In this document: positions 1 through 13,899 of the stretch, piece after piece
Numbering within the stretch: position 1 is the stretch's first letter
How the letters are laid out: each line of letters starts with the position of its first letter
Source of the DNA: Trichoplax adhaerens
Lineage: Eukaryota > Animalia > Placozoa
Direction of reading: 5' to 3'
Length of the DNA stretch: 64,000 bases
Assembly (NCBI RefSeq): GCF_000150275.1
Contig: NW_002060960.1
Location: forward strand, 882,469 to 946,468
Made by a program: the position numbers and the translations under genes
Notes under the pieces: generated by a model
Told to the model about the DNA's origin: nothing
The model's database searches: none
Seen by the model: only the letters and a program-made list of their open reading frames with translations

Positions 1-2122
1 TATTGGATGCAGTTTACAAATTTAATTATAAGATGCGACATCAGAATAATTGATTGCTGCAGCAAGCAGCAAGCAGCTTTTTCTTTGTTTGAAGGAGCAC
101 AAACATTAAATTTTGAGCTTATAGTCGGACTGCATGCTGTCCGTAAATAGTAAATAAATTATTTATTCATTTACCATATATTTTGTATTTAGTTATTTAA
201 TCAATGTCCGTATTAGTAAATTATCATGCTATTTTCTTTCATGAAATATCTGTATTGGCCGATACTAAAATCAAAGTAATAAGCTTATAATATTCGTACT
301 GAAATACGAGGAAAATCAGTGATAATACTCAGTTTAGTTAGCATAATGAATTTTAATTATTCTTTGAATTGCTTGAGTGGGAGTCGTTCTATTTTTTATA
401 ATCTTTTTCGATACATTAGAAGATGGCCGTAATGATTACAGAATAAACATGCAGATGAATCTATCAGTAATTAATCTAAAGTTCTTTTTCCTGAAATGAG
501 TTAGAAAGTATTTTGCTGCAGAAGTAACTTAAGATACTTATGTATCAGTTAGCGGGGAGTTCTCCACTAACTGGTATCTATGAAAGCTGTCATCAATTAA
601 TTATGTGTTATAATAAATAACTATATTGTTGGGATACTATTAACCAACGTTCGATGAATTAAATAAGTTTGCTTTGAGCTCTTCATGTTTATATCAATAT
701 ATCTCACAATATGTAGGTGTACGTTCAATCAAAGTAGCTATTATTAGATTTTTACTAAATGTAAGGCGGAATTAATATCCAGTTTTAGATACGAAGCTAT
801 TTTAATGCAGCAGAAACGAAGAGATTTAAATAGGGCTTCCGTAATATCTTATAGATTCTCCTTAAATTCTTGTCCTATACTTATGCAAATGAATGCTGTA
901 CGATAGCTTATTCCATTTTACTGCTGTTCGAAAATAAATACGTGCGAAATAATCATTCAATTATACCATACCAGATAATATGAATAGTATACAGTACATT
1001 TCAATACTCTAGGCATGTTGAGGACATATTTTGCTTACTGATTTTTACAGTAATTTGCAGTCCCTCGATATAAAGATACAAATTATTACTACATCTATAT
1101 ATAAATAGGCCTTAACATCGTACTATATAGATCTATTATTTTTATTTGTAGCACGAACAAGTAAAATTTAAAGTAATTTTAAAGCATCAAACATTCATGA
1201 GATTTAAATACATAAATAAAAATCAAAAGAATTCGATATATTTGCATTATTGCATGATAATGCCATTACTGGTGATTCATTGGTAATATTGAGGATTAGA
1301 AAATGAGATAACGAAGACCATTAATTTTTAATTAAACAAGAGTTATATACTGTACCGGCTATACATAACTTGCTTTTATATGCTCGAAACTAATTTGTGA
1401 ACAAAAGCTAATTGAAAACTGCTATTTTAGACTTAATAGTCTATCAAACCGACATTTAAAGTTTATTTATCAACTGTATATACTTGCGTAAGAACAAGAT
1501 ACTTTTATAACAGAAACAGAAAACCAGTTCCGTTATTGCTTATGCTAATTTATACTCGCTGATAAATCTTAAATATCTTTAGAATCTTAAAGTAATATTC
1601 CCTAAAGCGTCGTATGATATTAAGTAGCAAGCAGAATAATGAATTACTGTAACAAACGTTTTCAAAATCGTATTCATACAGTAGTGCATCTAACGCTAAG
1701 CTTTCATGAATCTATCCTTCATTTGTACCAGCATGCTACCTCCACTACGAAATTATCAGCAATAAATATTGTTATTAAGCAAGATTTAAAAGCGTTATGA
1801 TATTCTATAGACTTGAAAAACTGACGTTATAATTTGCCATCCTTAAATTGCCATCATATATCAGTTTATATCCTATCAACAAATCTATGTACACACACAT
1901 CTTTCTACAACAACATAAACGGTTACTTAGGCTATTTTTTGAGGAAGATCGAACTAGAGTATAATAGATAATTGTATCATACTTGGCACAGCTAAACATT
2001 TATTTAAATATCGTCATTACTACCATAACGGATCCATTATATACTCTACAGAATTATTATTTATGGTATCCTCTTTAATTGAATATCTTCAGGATATTCA
2101 TCATAAGCGTTCCAAGACTATA

Positions 2123-2763
2123 ATCAATTAACATTAATCACCTTATGAGAACTCTTACTACAGTACAGCATAATTTATAGCAATAAAACACTAACTATCG
2201 TAGTAGTAGTAACCATAATTAATTAACATTAACATATTAACATATTAATTACCTTATGAGATCTCTTACTACAGTACAGCATAATTTACAGCAATAAAAC
2301 ACTAACTATCGTAGTAGTAGTAGTAACCATAATTAATTAACATTAACATATTAACATATTAATTACCTTATGAGATCTCTCACTACAGTACAGCATAATT
2401 TACTGCAATAAAACACTAACTATCGTAGTAGTAGTAACCATAATTAATTAACATTAACATATTAACATATTAATTACCTTATGAGATCTCATACTACAGT
2501 ACAGCATAATTTACAGCAATAAAACACTAACTATCGTAGTAGTAGTAACCATAATTAATTAACATTAACATATTAACATATTAATTACCTTATGAGATCT
2601 CTCACTACAGTACAGCATAATTTACTGCAATAAAACACTAACTATCGTAGTAGTAGTAACCATAATTAATTAACATTAACATATTAACATATTAATTACC
2701 TTATGAGATCTCATACTACAGTACAGCATAATTTACTGCAACAAAACACTAACTACCGTAGTT
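2123..2763. repeat. Tandem array, ~111-bp unit, ~5.7 copies
   Basis: ACCTTATGAG recurs at ~2140, 2251, 2365, 2476, 2587 and 2698 (spacing 111-114). Copies are near-identical, with a variable (GTA)n tract. Confidence 0.95.
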
Positions 2764-3838
2764 CTTACTGTAAGTCATTATTAGTTATCTCCATCTACAA
2801 ATAAGAACCTGTAAATTGAGTCATTTACCCTTCATGGTGATTTATACCGTGATAAATGGAAAAGAAATTGGATAGCATCATCGTTCCAAACTCTCCTTCC
2901 AAATTTTGGAAATTTCGGGCATAGCCACCGCCCAGCGCGTACCTGCACGGTCTTCTTGTTCCAGCAATTCATTTGGTAGAGAATCTTATTGTGCGACCTA
3001 GCCCTATACGAACCAATACAGTTTTGACTACTGTACGGTAACATGGTATTACGCTGGTCTAGCTAGTCGCATCGGACCTGCTGAGGCAAACACCTTAGCA
3101 TAGTCTATCGTTATGATCGTCTTTGGATGATGGTGCAAAAGTTTGTTGGGCTAAGTTTTCTACCATCGACTGGACTTGAAATAGGAATTTATGCTTAAGC
3201 TTTGTGCAGTGGAAAGCAAACGTACTATAGCTTGCATCTGTTAATAGAAAGTTCAAGAATTGGCCGGCACTATTAAGTAAACCATCGAATTTATGACAGC
3301 CAATCGTGCCATCATGTCTGCAACTCCCTAGTAGCAGCTATCGTTTGTGCAATTATCTCGCACCTTTTGCCAGGTAAAGTACCCAATTAAGTTGGTGATG
3401 TAGAGGATTGAAAAGGAAATGTTATAGCGGATCTTGTCAATTGGATAGAAAACGGTTCTTATACATGATTAGCGTATAGTATAAACTCGTTTGCTGTTGC
3501 TCTCCAGTTTAGTAGTATGTGTAGTACGCGGCTGCCATGCTGCTTAAAATGGAGACTAAGCGTGCAGCTGCCAACAAACGTTTCCAGAGTCAAACTCTTC
3601 CACCAAGGATAGGGGATGCCGGAATATCGAGTTTTAAAATCGATTTTATAAAAATTAGCAGTGACATGACAGTTTTTAACTATTTGAAATCAAGTTCAAC
3701 TAAAGTTGAGATTAGCAATCACCATTTGCTGTCTGACCATTATTTCGTAATTGTAACTAGTTAATTTAAGAAATACAGTATGCAACGCAGATGGTGCATT
3801 GTACATTAACTAAAAAATTTGTTATCACGCTTAGAGTC

Positions 3839-6827
3839 ATGGCTTATGAAATGAAAGATATCTTATCCCATCTCTCGCGACGAGGTTTATTCTTAATTGG
3901 AACGAATGAAGACAAATTGGGTCCTCTTGGCATACTACTAATGAGAAATCTTTACCAAGAATGGTGAGTCAAATCAAAATCAAGCACATACTTCATTGCT
4001 AATGATATACGTATATTCTACACTATTTAATCATACTGGAGGTAGATTCAATTATGTAAAATTAGCATTCGGATCAGTAAATTTAGGTTGTACCCTTAGT
4101 AGATAACAGCATATTTAAATTGATTAATTTCATTACTTCGTGGTAAGTTAAATATGACTACTAGCTATTCGCTTAGTGTATGCAGTGCATCCAAACTAAT
4201 GACTGTTGAGACGTTGCGACCAATGACTAATAAGCATTGGTGATTATGCTTTGGGTAAATATTAAAATATTTAATATTTTCCTACATTTAGGCGAAAATC
4301 CATTTCTATTATTCGTGGTAAAGCTTGCAACGTCTTGGAAATTCAGCCGACTACACTCGATAAAGGTCTAAACGTAAGCCCAAAGTTTGATTAGGAAAAT
4401 GTTAAAATAAGGATCCTGTACTAGTAAAATTTGAGAAGAAGCTCGGTGAATAACACCCATTAATGTTAGCCGATTTTACTATACATTGATGATATTCAAA
4501 TTATTATCTTTCGTTAATCAAATTTTCATTATTGAATATTAGGATAACATAAAATCGTTGTCTGATAGCTCGAACAGCCTACTGCACTTTTGGAACTTGG
4601 ATAGGTACGCGTATACCTCCGAGATTGGATAGTGATACATGATAAGATTCTACATCGTACTAATATTATCTGTTGCTCTAAAACGTTTAGAGTTTCAAAT
4701 ATTCATTAGTTATGACATCCACGGATGATATTAGCCAATTTTATCAGTGAATGACTTTAATTAATATGTGAAATGCTTTATCGCAAATAAAATTACAGGG
4801 ATGGTTTAACATCAAGACAAAATTCTATCAAAATGATGAATCCTGCGCTGCCTTTTGTACTAATTCGACGTAATCCAATATTTTTACAAATACTACGTGT
4901 AATATTGATGTGCTGTTTTAACCATTTTTACATAATCATAATAATATGGTATGATGAAATTAAATCAATTATCAGCGCTGCTATGCAACATTTGCATCGT
5001 ATTGATACAGTAAATGGACGTTGCGTGTGTTTATCATAATATTGCTTTACCAGCTACAGTATTAACTGAATGTTGAAATGTTATAAATACTTTGATAAGT
5101 CATTTACTTTCTACTCGCTTTCTCACTTCGTAACGTAGAGATTAATAGCGTATCTGGCGGTGAAAGTTTCAAAGCCTTTTTAAGATTTTACTGCTCACCT
5201 AAAGAATCACAGTTATGGTATCATACTTGGAAGAAGGAAAGAGCAACTTGGTGGAGAAAAGTAAGCCATAATTAAGTAAATTTATGCAATCCACTGTATA
5301 TATTGCTACAAGTTAAACCATTGTGTATTAAATGAACTGACTTGGTATTTGGCAGTTATCTATTAATAGACCTGGGCGTTTTGTCCTGGAAGAGGACAGC
5401 TTTGATGATAGTAAGACTTACGATAGAGCAAGAATAGTGGTATGTTAATTTGACGGATAAATTATAAGCCTGCTAATTTTATATATACGTGTAGATAGTG
5501 TTTATCAGAATTATTCTTTACCTACTAGACGTCACTTTAAAGCGTATTGATAGCTATACTGTAGTCATTAATTGTTGCTCCAACGGTTAAAAGACTTGTA
5601 AAAATCAAGATAATATTTTTCCATGCATTCTCGTTTTTACTTTTGCTAGCTATCGTACAATAATTATAAGGAAACTGTTGAAGATATTTCATATTGTAAA
5701 GATAGCAATGAAATTGAGGTTATATCTAAATTCTTTCCATATTAATTTTAGTTTATTTTTACTAAGAATTATTCTGACTCGTTATTTATAGAAAAATATA
5801 TGTAATAGTAATAATTTTCATTCAATCACATGTTCGTCGTACATGACTCAAGGTAACAGCTTTGATTTTGGAATAAGAATTACGCAATTAGTCAAAGGTG
5901 CACCGTCCTATATTTTAACTCGTACACTATAATGTTATTTGTGTAGGAGTATTGGCTTACCTTATCGATTCATATCACTGCAGGCAGTTAATGCATGCTA
6001 ATGGTGCCAGTAAAGATGGCTTTAAGGTAGAATAGATTAATTAATACTATTACTTGATAACTGAGAACATAGAAGTCAACAACTACTCCATGATATTCTT
6101 CGATAATGAAATAAATCCAAGTCAAAAGTTTTAATTTTAACTTTTAGTCACTAAAGTTACATCCGCGACTATCTCCGATTAAAGCAGCTATCATTCACCC
6201 CAATACGGACAGGATTCACTTTGTAGAGGTAACTCTTTGGATATTTGGTGAAATTGGTTAAATTAGTTCATGATCCATACTTGAGATGTCTTAACAATGG
6301 TTCGATATTGCATTTCTATGGCGTATCAGCTTGCGGAATATTTAGCTAAGAAATTAAATAGCGCTGAAATAGTTACTTGGATAGAAAGTGCTAAATGTTT
6401 AGAGGAATGTTACAAAAAGTAAGTAACCGTATACCGATTTAGCAGAAGTACCTTCTTACAGTAGAGATATAATTGAGAGTAAGTTCTCGATGTTCAGACG
6501 CTTAATAATGTTACCTTTATTAAATTATTTTCTACAGTCACGATGAAATGGGAACTCTCTTCTGCATTGTCATAGACGATAATACTGTTAAATATGGCGA
6601 TGTAAAACTGCGACATCGAGATACAGGCCTATTGGTATGCCCTTAATGATTATTGCTAGTTGTACGTATTTCTACTACACCTTTGATTGTAAATTAACAT
6701 CAATTGTTCAATTTCGCATGTATGGCTTGGATAGGAGCAAATTCATCTAATGGATGTTAAGCTATGCATAGAGAGGGACCTGCAAAATTCGTACGAAGAT
6801 AACCTCCCACCAGATCTACAGCGGTAA
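3839..6827 (+). CDS. POLG2: Mitochondrial DNA polymerase gamma accessory subunit (class IIa aaRS-like fold), multi-exon
   Basis: Spliced translation gives MAYEMKDILSHLSRRGLF...GPLGILLMRNLYQEW (exon 3839-3963), MMNPALPF, FYCSPKESQLWYHTWKKERATWWRK (~5140-5260), LKLHPRLSPIKAAI (~6148), HDEMGTLFCIVIDDNTVKYGDVKLRHRDTGLL and EQIHLMDVK...QR* (TAA 6825-6827). These match remembered POLG2 motifs GPLGVELRKNLAAEWW, RLQWWRK, LKLHPCLAPIKVA and YDEMSILF..LRSRDT. Some middle exon boundaries are unresolved. Confidence 0.88.
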
Positions 6828-8094
6828 TACTGTAGGAAATTGTTTGATTTTGGCGATTACTACGGTAACGGAGTTCAGTTTCGACCGAAAATGAATATTT
6901 TTTCACTATCAAGTTATTAACAAAGTGTGATTCGATAGAATTTTACAATACGGATAAATTATTTAATAGTTCAATACTAGCGATTATATCTACTGGTGTA
7001 CACGTGTAAGCTTATGGACGTAAATTATTTTAAACTAAGCTTTATTTTTAGTGACAATTATAAATGACTGCTCTATAAATTTTTGTATTATTAGCTGACG
7101 CAGTTCTCTTAAAACCAAGTTACAAAGATCGTAAACAGCGCAAATATACCAAGCTGGCTTTATTTCAGATGGGCTTCGAAATCTTTTCAATTGAATTTGC
7201 ACTATCTCTAAATAGTCTCTGTACGCTCGTATATAATTTATACCAAATAAGTGACAGTTATTTAAAGTTATTTTGTTTTTATCATGGTTTTTTAACGCCC
7301 TACAGTGGAGTTTGATCTGTTTCAGGTGCATATGCGTATGCATGCTATTCTGCTGACGCATTTTGATACTTATTCTCTGCCGTAAAGTTGTTAAAAATTA
7401 AATCAGATGTATCTCGCATTATTAAGGTATTTTATCGTCTAGACGATTGTTCCTATTCTATGATGAGAAAAATGAGATGAATGTAAAAATTTGTTGTTCT
7501 CCTGTCCATGCAATGATACGATCGATGCCTGCTGTAGCCTGTGTTGCTACGTACTTATTTATCGTGTTGCAGGCAAAGTAGGATGCATTGCCACATGAAT
7601 AAATCGTCCAGTGTCTGTAACTTTCTATAGCCCTTGTAATTGCTACCTATATCTGGAGTTGTAGGTACACTGTCACGACTCATCGACCTCCCCAGCTTAA
7701 CAAAAAGTTAGTTGATTCAATTTTTGTGAAGTTGGGTGGTTGTCTGGTTGAGCAGTCCTTGGTGCTGTAATGACGATGTACCTGTAAATCAATAAATCAT
7801 CCAGTATACTGTAGCTATCGAGGAACTAACTAATTGATCGAGGCAAACCTACTGCAGTGTTGACATTTTCCACTGTTTACTTTGCAGTTTGCAAACCTAG
7901 TTTAGCATGACGTAATATTGCATGACCTTATATGGAGAATCCTTCAGAATTTACTTTTGTTCATCACTAGGCAGAATCATATCGGTTGATAAGTTGATTT
8001 GTATAGACTTCAGTAGATAGATTGTGTAATACAGTCTAGTACGATAGATTTTCAACCAATGTACGATACTTGGTGCATAGTAAAAATGTACTAA

Positions 8095-9288
8095 GTAGTT
8101 GCATCTAAAGCAAATTGAGAGTTCTAAGTGCTTTCTTTTCTCCATTTCTGAGGGAGAAATAGAATAGAAGAAAGGTAAGAGCATAGACTGCAATCATGAT
8201 CATGTTGAAAAAACACCTCTGTAGGTAGGAAAATGCAAATCTACCGAAGTCGGGGGCCTATTTGCTCAACCAATGTATTGTAGTTTGTGCATTGTAAAAG
8301 CGTTATACTAGTTGCATCTACAGCAGCTTGAGAGTTATAAATGCTTTTGAGGGAGAAATAGAATGGAAGAAGGGTAAGAGCATAGACTGCAATCGTGATG
8401 ATGTTGAAAAAACACCTCTGTAGGTAGGAAAATGCAAATCTACCGAAGTCGGGGCCCATTTGCTCAACCAATGTATTGTAGTTTGTGCATTGTAAAAGCG
8501 TTATACTAGTTGCATCTATAGCAGCTTGAGAGTTATAAATGCTTTTGAGGGAGAAATAGAATGGAAGAAGGGTAAGAGCATAGACTGCAATCGTGATGAT
8601 GTTGAAAAAACACCTCTGTAGGTAGGAAAATGCAAATCTACCGAAGTCGGGGCCCATTTGCTCAACCAATGTATTGTAGTTTGTGCATTGTAAAAGCGTT
8701 ATACTAGTAGCATCTACAGCAGCTTAAGAGTTATAAATGCTTTCTTTTCTCCATTTCTGAGGGAGAAATAGAATAGAAGAAGGGTAAGAGCATAGACTGC
8801 AATCATGATCATGTTGAAAAAACACCTCTGTAGGTAGGAAAATGCAAATCTACCGAAGTCGGGGGCCTATTTGCTCAACCAATGTATTGTAGTTTGTGCA
8901 TTGTAAAAGCGTTATACTAGTTGCATCTACAGCAGCTTGAGAGTTATAAATGCTTTTGAGGGAGAAATAGAATGGAAGAAGGGTAGGAGCATAGACTGCA
9001 ATCGTGATGATGTTGAAAAAACACCTCTGTAGGTAGGAAAATGCAAATCTACCGAAGTCGGGGGGACCCATTTGCTCAACCAATGTATTGTAGTTTGTGC
9101 ATTGTGAAAGCGTTATACTAGTTGCATCTACAGCAGCTTAAGAGTTATAAATGCTTTCTTTTCTCCATTTCTGAGGGAGAAATAGAATGGAAGAAGGGTA
9201 AGAGCATAGACTGCAATCATGATGATGATGAAAAACCACCTCTGTAGGTAGGAAAATGCAAATCTACCGAAGTAGGGGGCCCATTTGC
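8095..9288. repeat. Tandem array, ~198-215-bp unit, ~6 copies
   Basis: AATCTACCGAAGT recurs at ~8238, 8437, 8635, 8847, 9046 and 9261. Two unit variants differ by a ~14-bp CTTTTCTCCATTTC segment. Explains the repetitive ORFs 8241-8669, 8850-9083 and 9128-9334. Confidence 0.95.
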
Positions 9289-9309
9289 GTGATAGAGTTA
9301 GGGTTAGGA

Positions 9310-9385
9310 TTGATGACGCCCGCTTGAAAGCCACACCTACTCATGCGCAGAATGATGAATGAATTAGCAGACTATATAAATACCA
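9310..9385 (+). promoter_or_regulatory. Putative core promoter of the FAM234-like gene
   Basis: TGACG half-site (~9314), CATGCGCA NRF1-like motif (~9342) and TATATAAATA box (~9374), about 100 bp upstream of ATG 9475. Motif matches only. Confidence 0.35.
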
Positions 9386-9474
9386 GTGTTGACTGATGTA
9401 TTGATTTAAAATCTTTTTTTTTTATTGCCTTGCACGAAGGAAAATCAAGATCAAGTTTATTCTTAGCAAGGAAG

Positions 9475-12083
9475 ATGTTAAGCTTATCCCCATCGATCGA
9501 AGTTGTAAAAGTAGTAGCACCAGTAGAAAGTCATGCAGCTCCACAAGTTGATCTTGGTATAACAAAGGATAATAAAATGGAAGATACTGAATCAACTCCT
9601 AGTCCTAGCAAGAAAGTCCGAAAGCCGTTGGACAATAAATCGAGAGCATTATTTAATTTATCCATTTTATTTGCTGCTGCAGCGATCATTGTCTTCATAT
9701 TTGCTATACCATGTCCATCAGCTAGTGATCGCAGGATATGGTCTACAAGTATTCATAATTATTCCATCGATTCACCTATTCAACTTTTGCTAACGAACCA
9801 AAGTCAAGACTATGTTGTTCTGATGACTGCTAGTCTGAACCACACTTCGATCCTATCTGACCAAGGTCCTCACCAACAATTGCTAGCATTGAATAGTTCC
9901 AACGGACACCAGTTATGGAAATTGGATTTAAACGGCAGCGTGACACTGTTATTCTGTCCTGAAGGCCATTTACCTCCTACAGATCGAGGTTATCCATTCG
10001 ATTGCTTAATAGCGACGTCTACAGGCGATATTCTTGCTATTGAAACGTCGTCGTTAACGGTACTATGGAATCGACGCATCCACGATGTTAGCCATGCTGA
10101 TTATTGCAACTCTGCAGCTATCATACCTGATGTAGATCAAGATTCTTTTCAAGACATTATGTTAGCTTGTAATACGTATGAGAATTCGATGTTGAGTAGG
10201 TATTGGTTATTCTTATCGGCAACGATGGGAAGTGTTATAAATAGATCAGTTGCGGTCAAAGACGAACAATTTATCGCCGATTCCCTCATTATCGATCACC
10301 GATATAACAATCAAGCCGTTATTTATTTCAGTGTCTTTCTTCGCAATATGTCTAGTCGAGTTTCCTATATGAACGTTAGAGATTTATCCCGTATCCATAC
10401 TGCTACAGGCAGCAATGATATGAGCACTCAGTTCTTAATTCAAGGTGGAATGATGAAATGGCCTTCGATTCTCGTCGATCTCGATGGCGATGGTCAGAAA
10501 GATATTATAACAACTTTCACTAATGGCACAATTATTGCCACGCTTGGTGCAACAATGGCTCGATATTGGGTTGTTCACCTCCGTCACTCAAGTATTGTCA
10601 AGTAAGTCGAAATCAGGAGGATTTTAATTGATAGTGTAGAAATTGAGACGATTATCTCAAGACTTTAGTATCCAATTTGATCAATGACCAAATTCGTCAT
10701 TTTCAGCTATTAATTATAGAATTAATTATTGACCATTTACTCGAAAGCACTTTCGATACTGTAGCAAGAGCAAGTCGGTAGCATACGATAGTTTCTATTG
10801 TCCAAGACTCTTCGCACTATATTTCACAAGATATTTAGTGGGTAGATTTCTCTCTGCATTTTTTGTCTGTAGAGTGACTAAGCTTCTATTCCATCTAAAT
10901 TGAATATCTGAGCTATACCATTTACTATAACACAAAGAAGTAATCGTCAATTTTGTTATCCTATTTTTCTCCAATGTAAATGAAAGTTGAGCGTCTATCT
11001 TCTCTATATTATTTATCTATATTACATCATTGTTGCGCCCGCTCTTGAAAACAGAGAAGTGTATTTATTATGCCTTAAAAATATTTTTTTATAATCAAAA
11101 CAAATTTCTTGATTACTGAAAAAATTTTTATGATCATGGTCAATTAAGGCTCGACTAATGCCCAAATTTTACAAATCAGCTCATTATTTAGCCAGTAAAT
11201 TTGTAGAAATTCATTTTTGAAGTGAAATTAATTGTAAGGCTAGTGCCATTTTGGTAGCTAAATTAATGATGTTATTTCGTTGGTGTTTTTAGTCTTCCAG
11301 CTCCAGGCGATTACAACAACGACATCTATCCGGATATTATGATTAACTTCAAGGTCATTAATCAAGACTTGAATGACTATGTCATCATTAATGGCTACAA
11401 TGGTAAAATTTTATCTGCGGGTGGCGATGAAACGCAATCCCAGTTAAATTACATGCCAAGTAACATCATTTCCGTTGCTACATCCAATGAAAGTAGTGAT
11501 GTATTTATTTACCCAGTAATGTTTTCAGGTATTTATCTAAATGAAAATGTTTATCATAACAAGTTTTATTTAACAACTGCAATCATTGACTGAGCGTATT
11601 TTGGATTTTTACGATAGATAATATAAAAATATCTAAAAGAAATACTTGCTTCCCTATTTAGGCAACACAAGTTGCAAAGCCTACTCCGACAATTCGACAT
11701 GCAGTCAGGCACTGTTGTTGGGTGCTCATAATTTGCAAAATAATTCGCATTCACCCCTGCTACTGGATACTGTTTTACCTCCTCAAGGAGATGTTATTGA
11801 AATGCAATATTCATCAACCGCTGCTGGTTTTGATAAGATTACCAATCACTTTTGGATTATAAGCACAATGTCATGGAAAGTTTCCAATGGAATGATGGAT
11901 AGTTACGTCTTAAGTATATCGAAATCTTCCTTAGATGGCAATTTTAAGTGTGTGACATCCGATAGTAATTTTGTAGTACCCTCTTGTAGTGTTTCGCTTC
12001 AAGTCAATTTTCTAAATGTAACTTCTCAACCTTGGCTATCCTACATGGGTACTGCTGGTAATGGAATTTATACGCCATACTAG
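9475..12083 (+). CDS. FAM234/ITFG3-like type II membrane protein with FG-GAP/beta-propeller repeats; exons 9475-10601, 11293-11528, 11662-12083
   Basis: Cytosolic N-terminus, then TM helix LFNLSILFAAAAIIVFIFAIPCP. Ca-binding loops IPDVDQDSFQDI, DLDGDGQKDII and PAPGDYNNDIYPDI. C-terminal WLSYMGTAGNGIY. Splice sites are in phase (AA|GTAAGT..TTTAG|T; G|GTATTT..TTTAG|GC). Confidence 0.8.
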
Positions 12084-13885
12084 TAATTACTGTTTGACAT
12101 TCTCCTTTGCAAGATATAACTAGAACGCAATAATTGATTACATTACTACTGAATTTGATTTGACAACTACTAGTAGATGTAATATCATGCCGCCGTTAAC
12201 ATATTCTGAAGCTGTTTCGGAGCAATGACTGCTCGTCTATGTAACAGAATAGGTCGCTGTGTGATGTTGTGTAACAATAATATATTATTTATTTATCAAT
12301 TTTATATCATTATTGCAGCAGGGATTACGACCATGACATTGAATGGAACCCCCTGTAAAGTTTTATTGAATTGATTGATTTTAAGTATATGACTCATCGC
12401 ACCATAATCATTTTAACTCAAGAAGCGTAGCTTCCATCCTGTTCTCGATTAAATAGGACTTGAATATTATTGAAGAAATAAATATACGTGTAAATGTTTA
12501 TTACTGTGTTGCGTACGAATCTCCATTTCAAAAATTTTAAAGTAGACTTTTCTTCTAATTTCAATTGATACTGTATCAACTACAAAGATTAGAAAAGTAG
12601 CTACCATACTAAATTAAAGTTACTTTTAGGAAATGATTACAATCATATTACTGGAGTATTTTCACTTCACTGGACAGATTGACGTCACGATACCGTATAA
12701 ATTAAAGGGTGAAAATTAGGCGGACTTGCGTCTATTGGCAATAGAAGAATTCGTTCATTCCTCTATAACATCTATCTGACATGAAAGTGAATGGATGGCA
12801 CTTTGATTCATTCAATCGATCGTATACATTCGTTGTGGTAATGTTATCGCTGATCATGCAGCAATGAGAAACGAACTGGCCTGGAGGATCGGAAGAGAAA
12901 TACTGCAAATTTTATACCCTACGTTGTTTCAATTTTGCAAATAAACTACGATGATGTTGGGATAAAATTAGAATTGTTTACAGTTGAGATTGCAGCAGGA
13001 AAGAAATCCATTGGGTAGTTTTGACGTCATGATTATCTGTTGACATTCACTTCTATCGCTAACTACAGGAAGAGGGGGGCAGATGATTGAACTGTAATCG
13101 GAGTTGTCAAGGATATCCATACCTTGAACTACGTTAACCCGCAAAATCAGTTTGAAATAAACTACTGTATGACATTTCGGTCTTGAGACCAGGTACTGTA
13201 GCGTTCCATTGGTTATTAAATTAAAATGAACTGTATATTGCTGCCACAATCTTTGAGTACGCCATTGTAAGACGATAGTTTGGGTATTTATGTATAGAAA
13301 TAAGGCGTTTGGAATAATTGCAGCCTAAAAATCAGCTGCTCAGAATCCATTCATATAAATCCTAATTTCTTATTGAAGAAAAAGTTTTGAGTCGGGTTTC
13401 TTCCTTCTTTTTGGAAAATTAATTTGCAACGTTCTTGTCAGTACTGTCCATGTGAAGACAGCAAAGCATGTCACAAGAATATTTATTTCCAGTTCCCTCC
13501 CTCGCCCTGTACTAAATAAAAAGAATGGACTGCATTAATCAAGAAGGATCACCTCACACAAGCATATCAGTGTCTAGTAATAGAATGAAGTTTTGCAACT
13601 TTTTTGTATTGACTTGAGCTAGGGGATCCTTGCAATACTGGTAGACCACCAAGTCATTCCTTAATCATGCATTTACCCACTGTTATTTGAAATGAAAACG
13701 CGAACTGCCATGTTTGTATGCCAGTCAAAAGGAAAAGTATCGTTATTAAGGGAGAACCATGTAGGCATGAAATAGTCAAGACTTGTGGTATTTTCTAGTT
13801 TATCAAAAAGAATTACGATTGGGTATAATTTTATGAAAATGCTATAACGAGATGGCGTCGAATGGATTTCTTTTCAAAGATGTTG

Positions 13886-13890
13886 AAAAA
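13886..13890 (-). terminator. Pol III oligo-T terminator of tRNA-Ile
   Basis: TTTTT on the minus strand, ~10 nt downstream of the tRNA 3' end. Confidence 0.7.
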
Positions 13891-13899
13891 TGATGCCAA

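Noticed and set aside
7480-7990. Splice-like signals and raised GC on the minus strand
   Set aside because: All frames close quickly and no homology recognised; at most a non-coding transcript, unsupported
8241-9334. Repetitive hydrophobic ORFs (142, 77 and 68 aa)
   Set aside because: By-products of the 198-bp unit; frame breaks between copies
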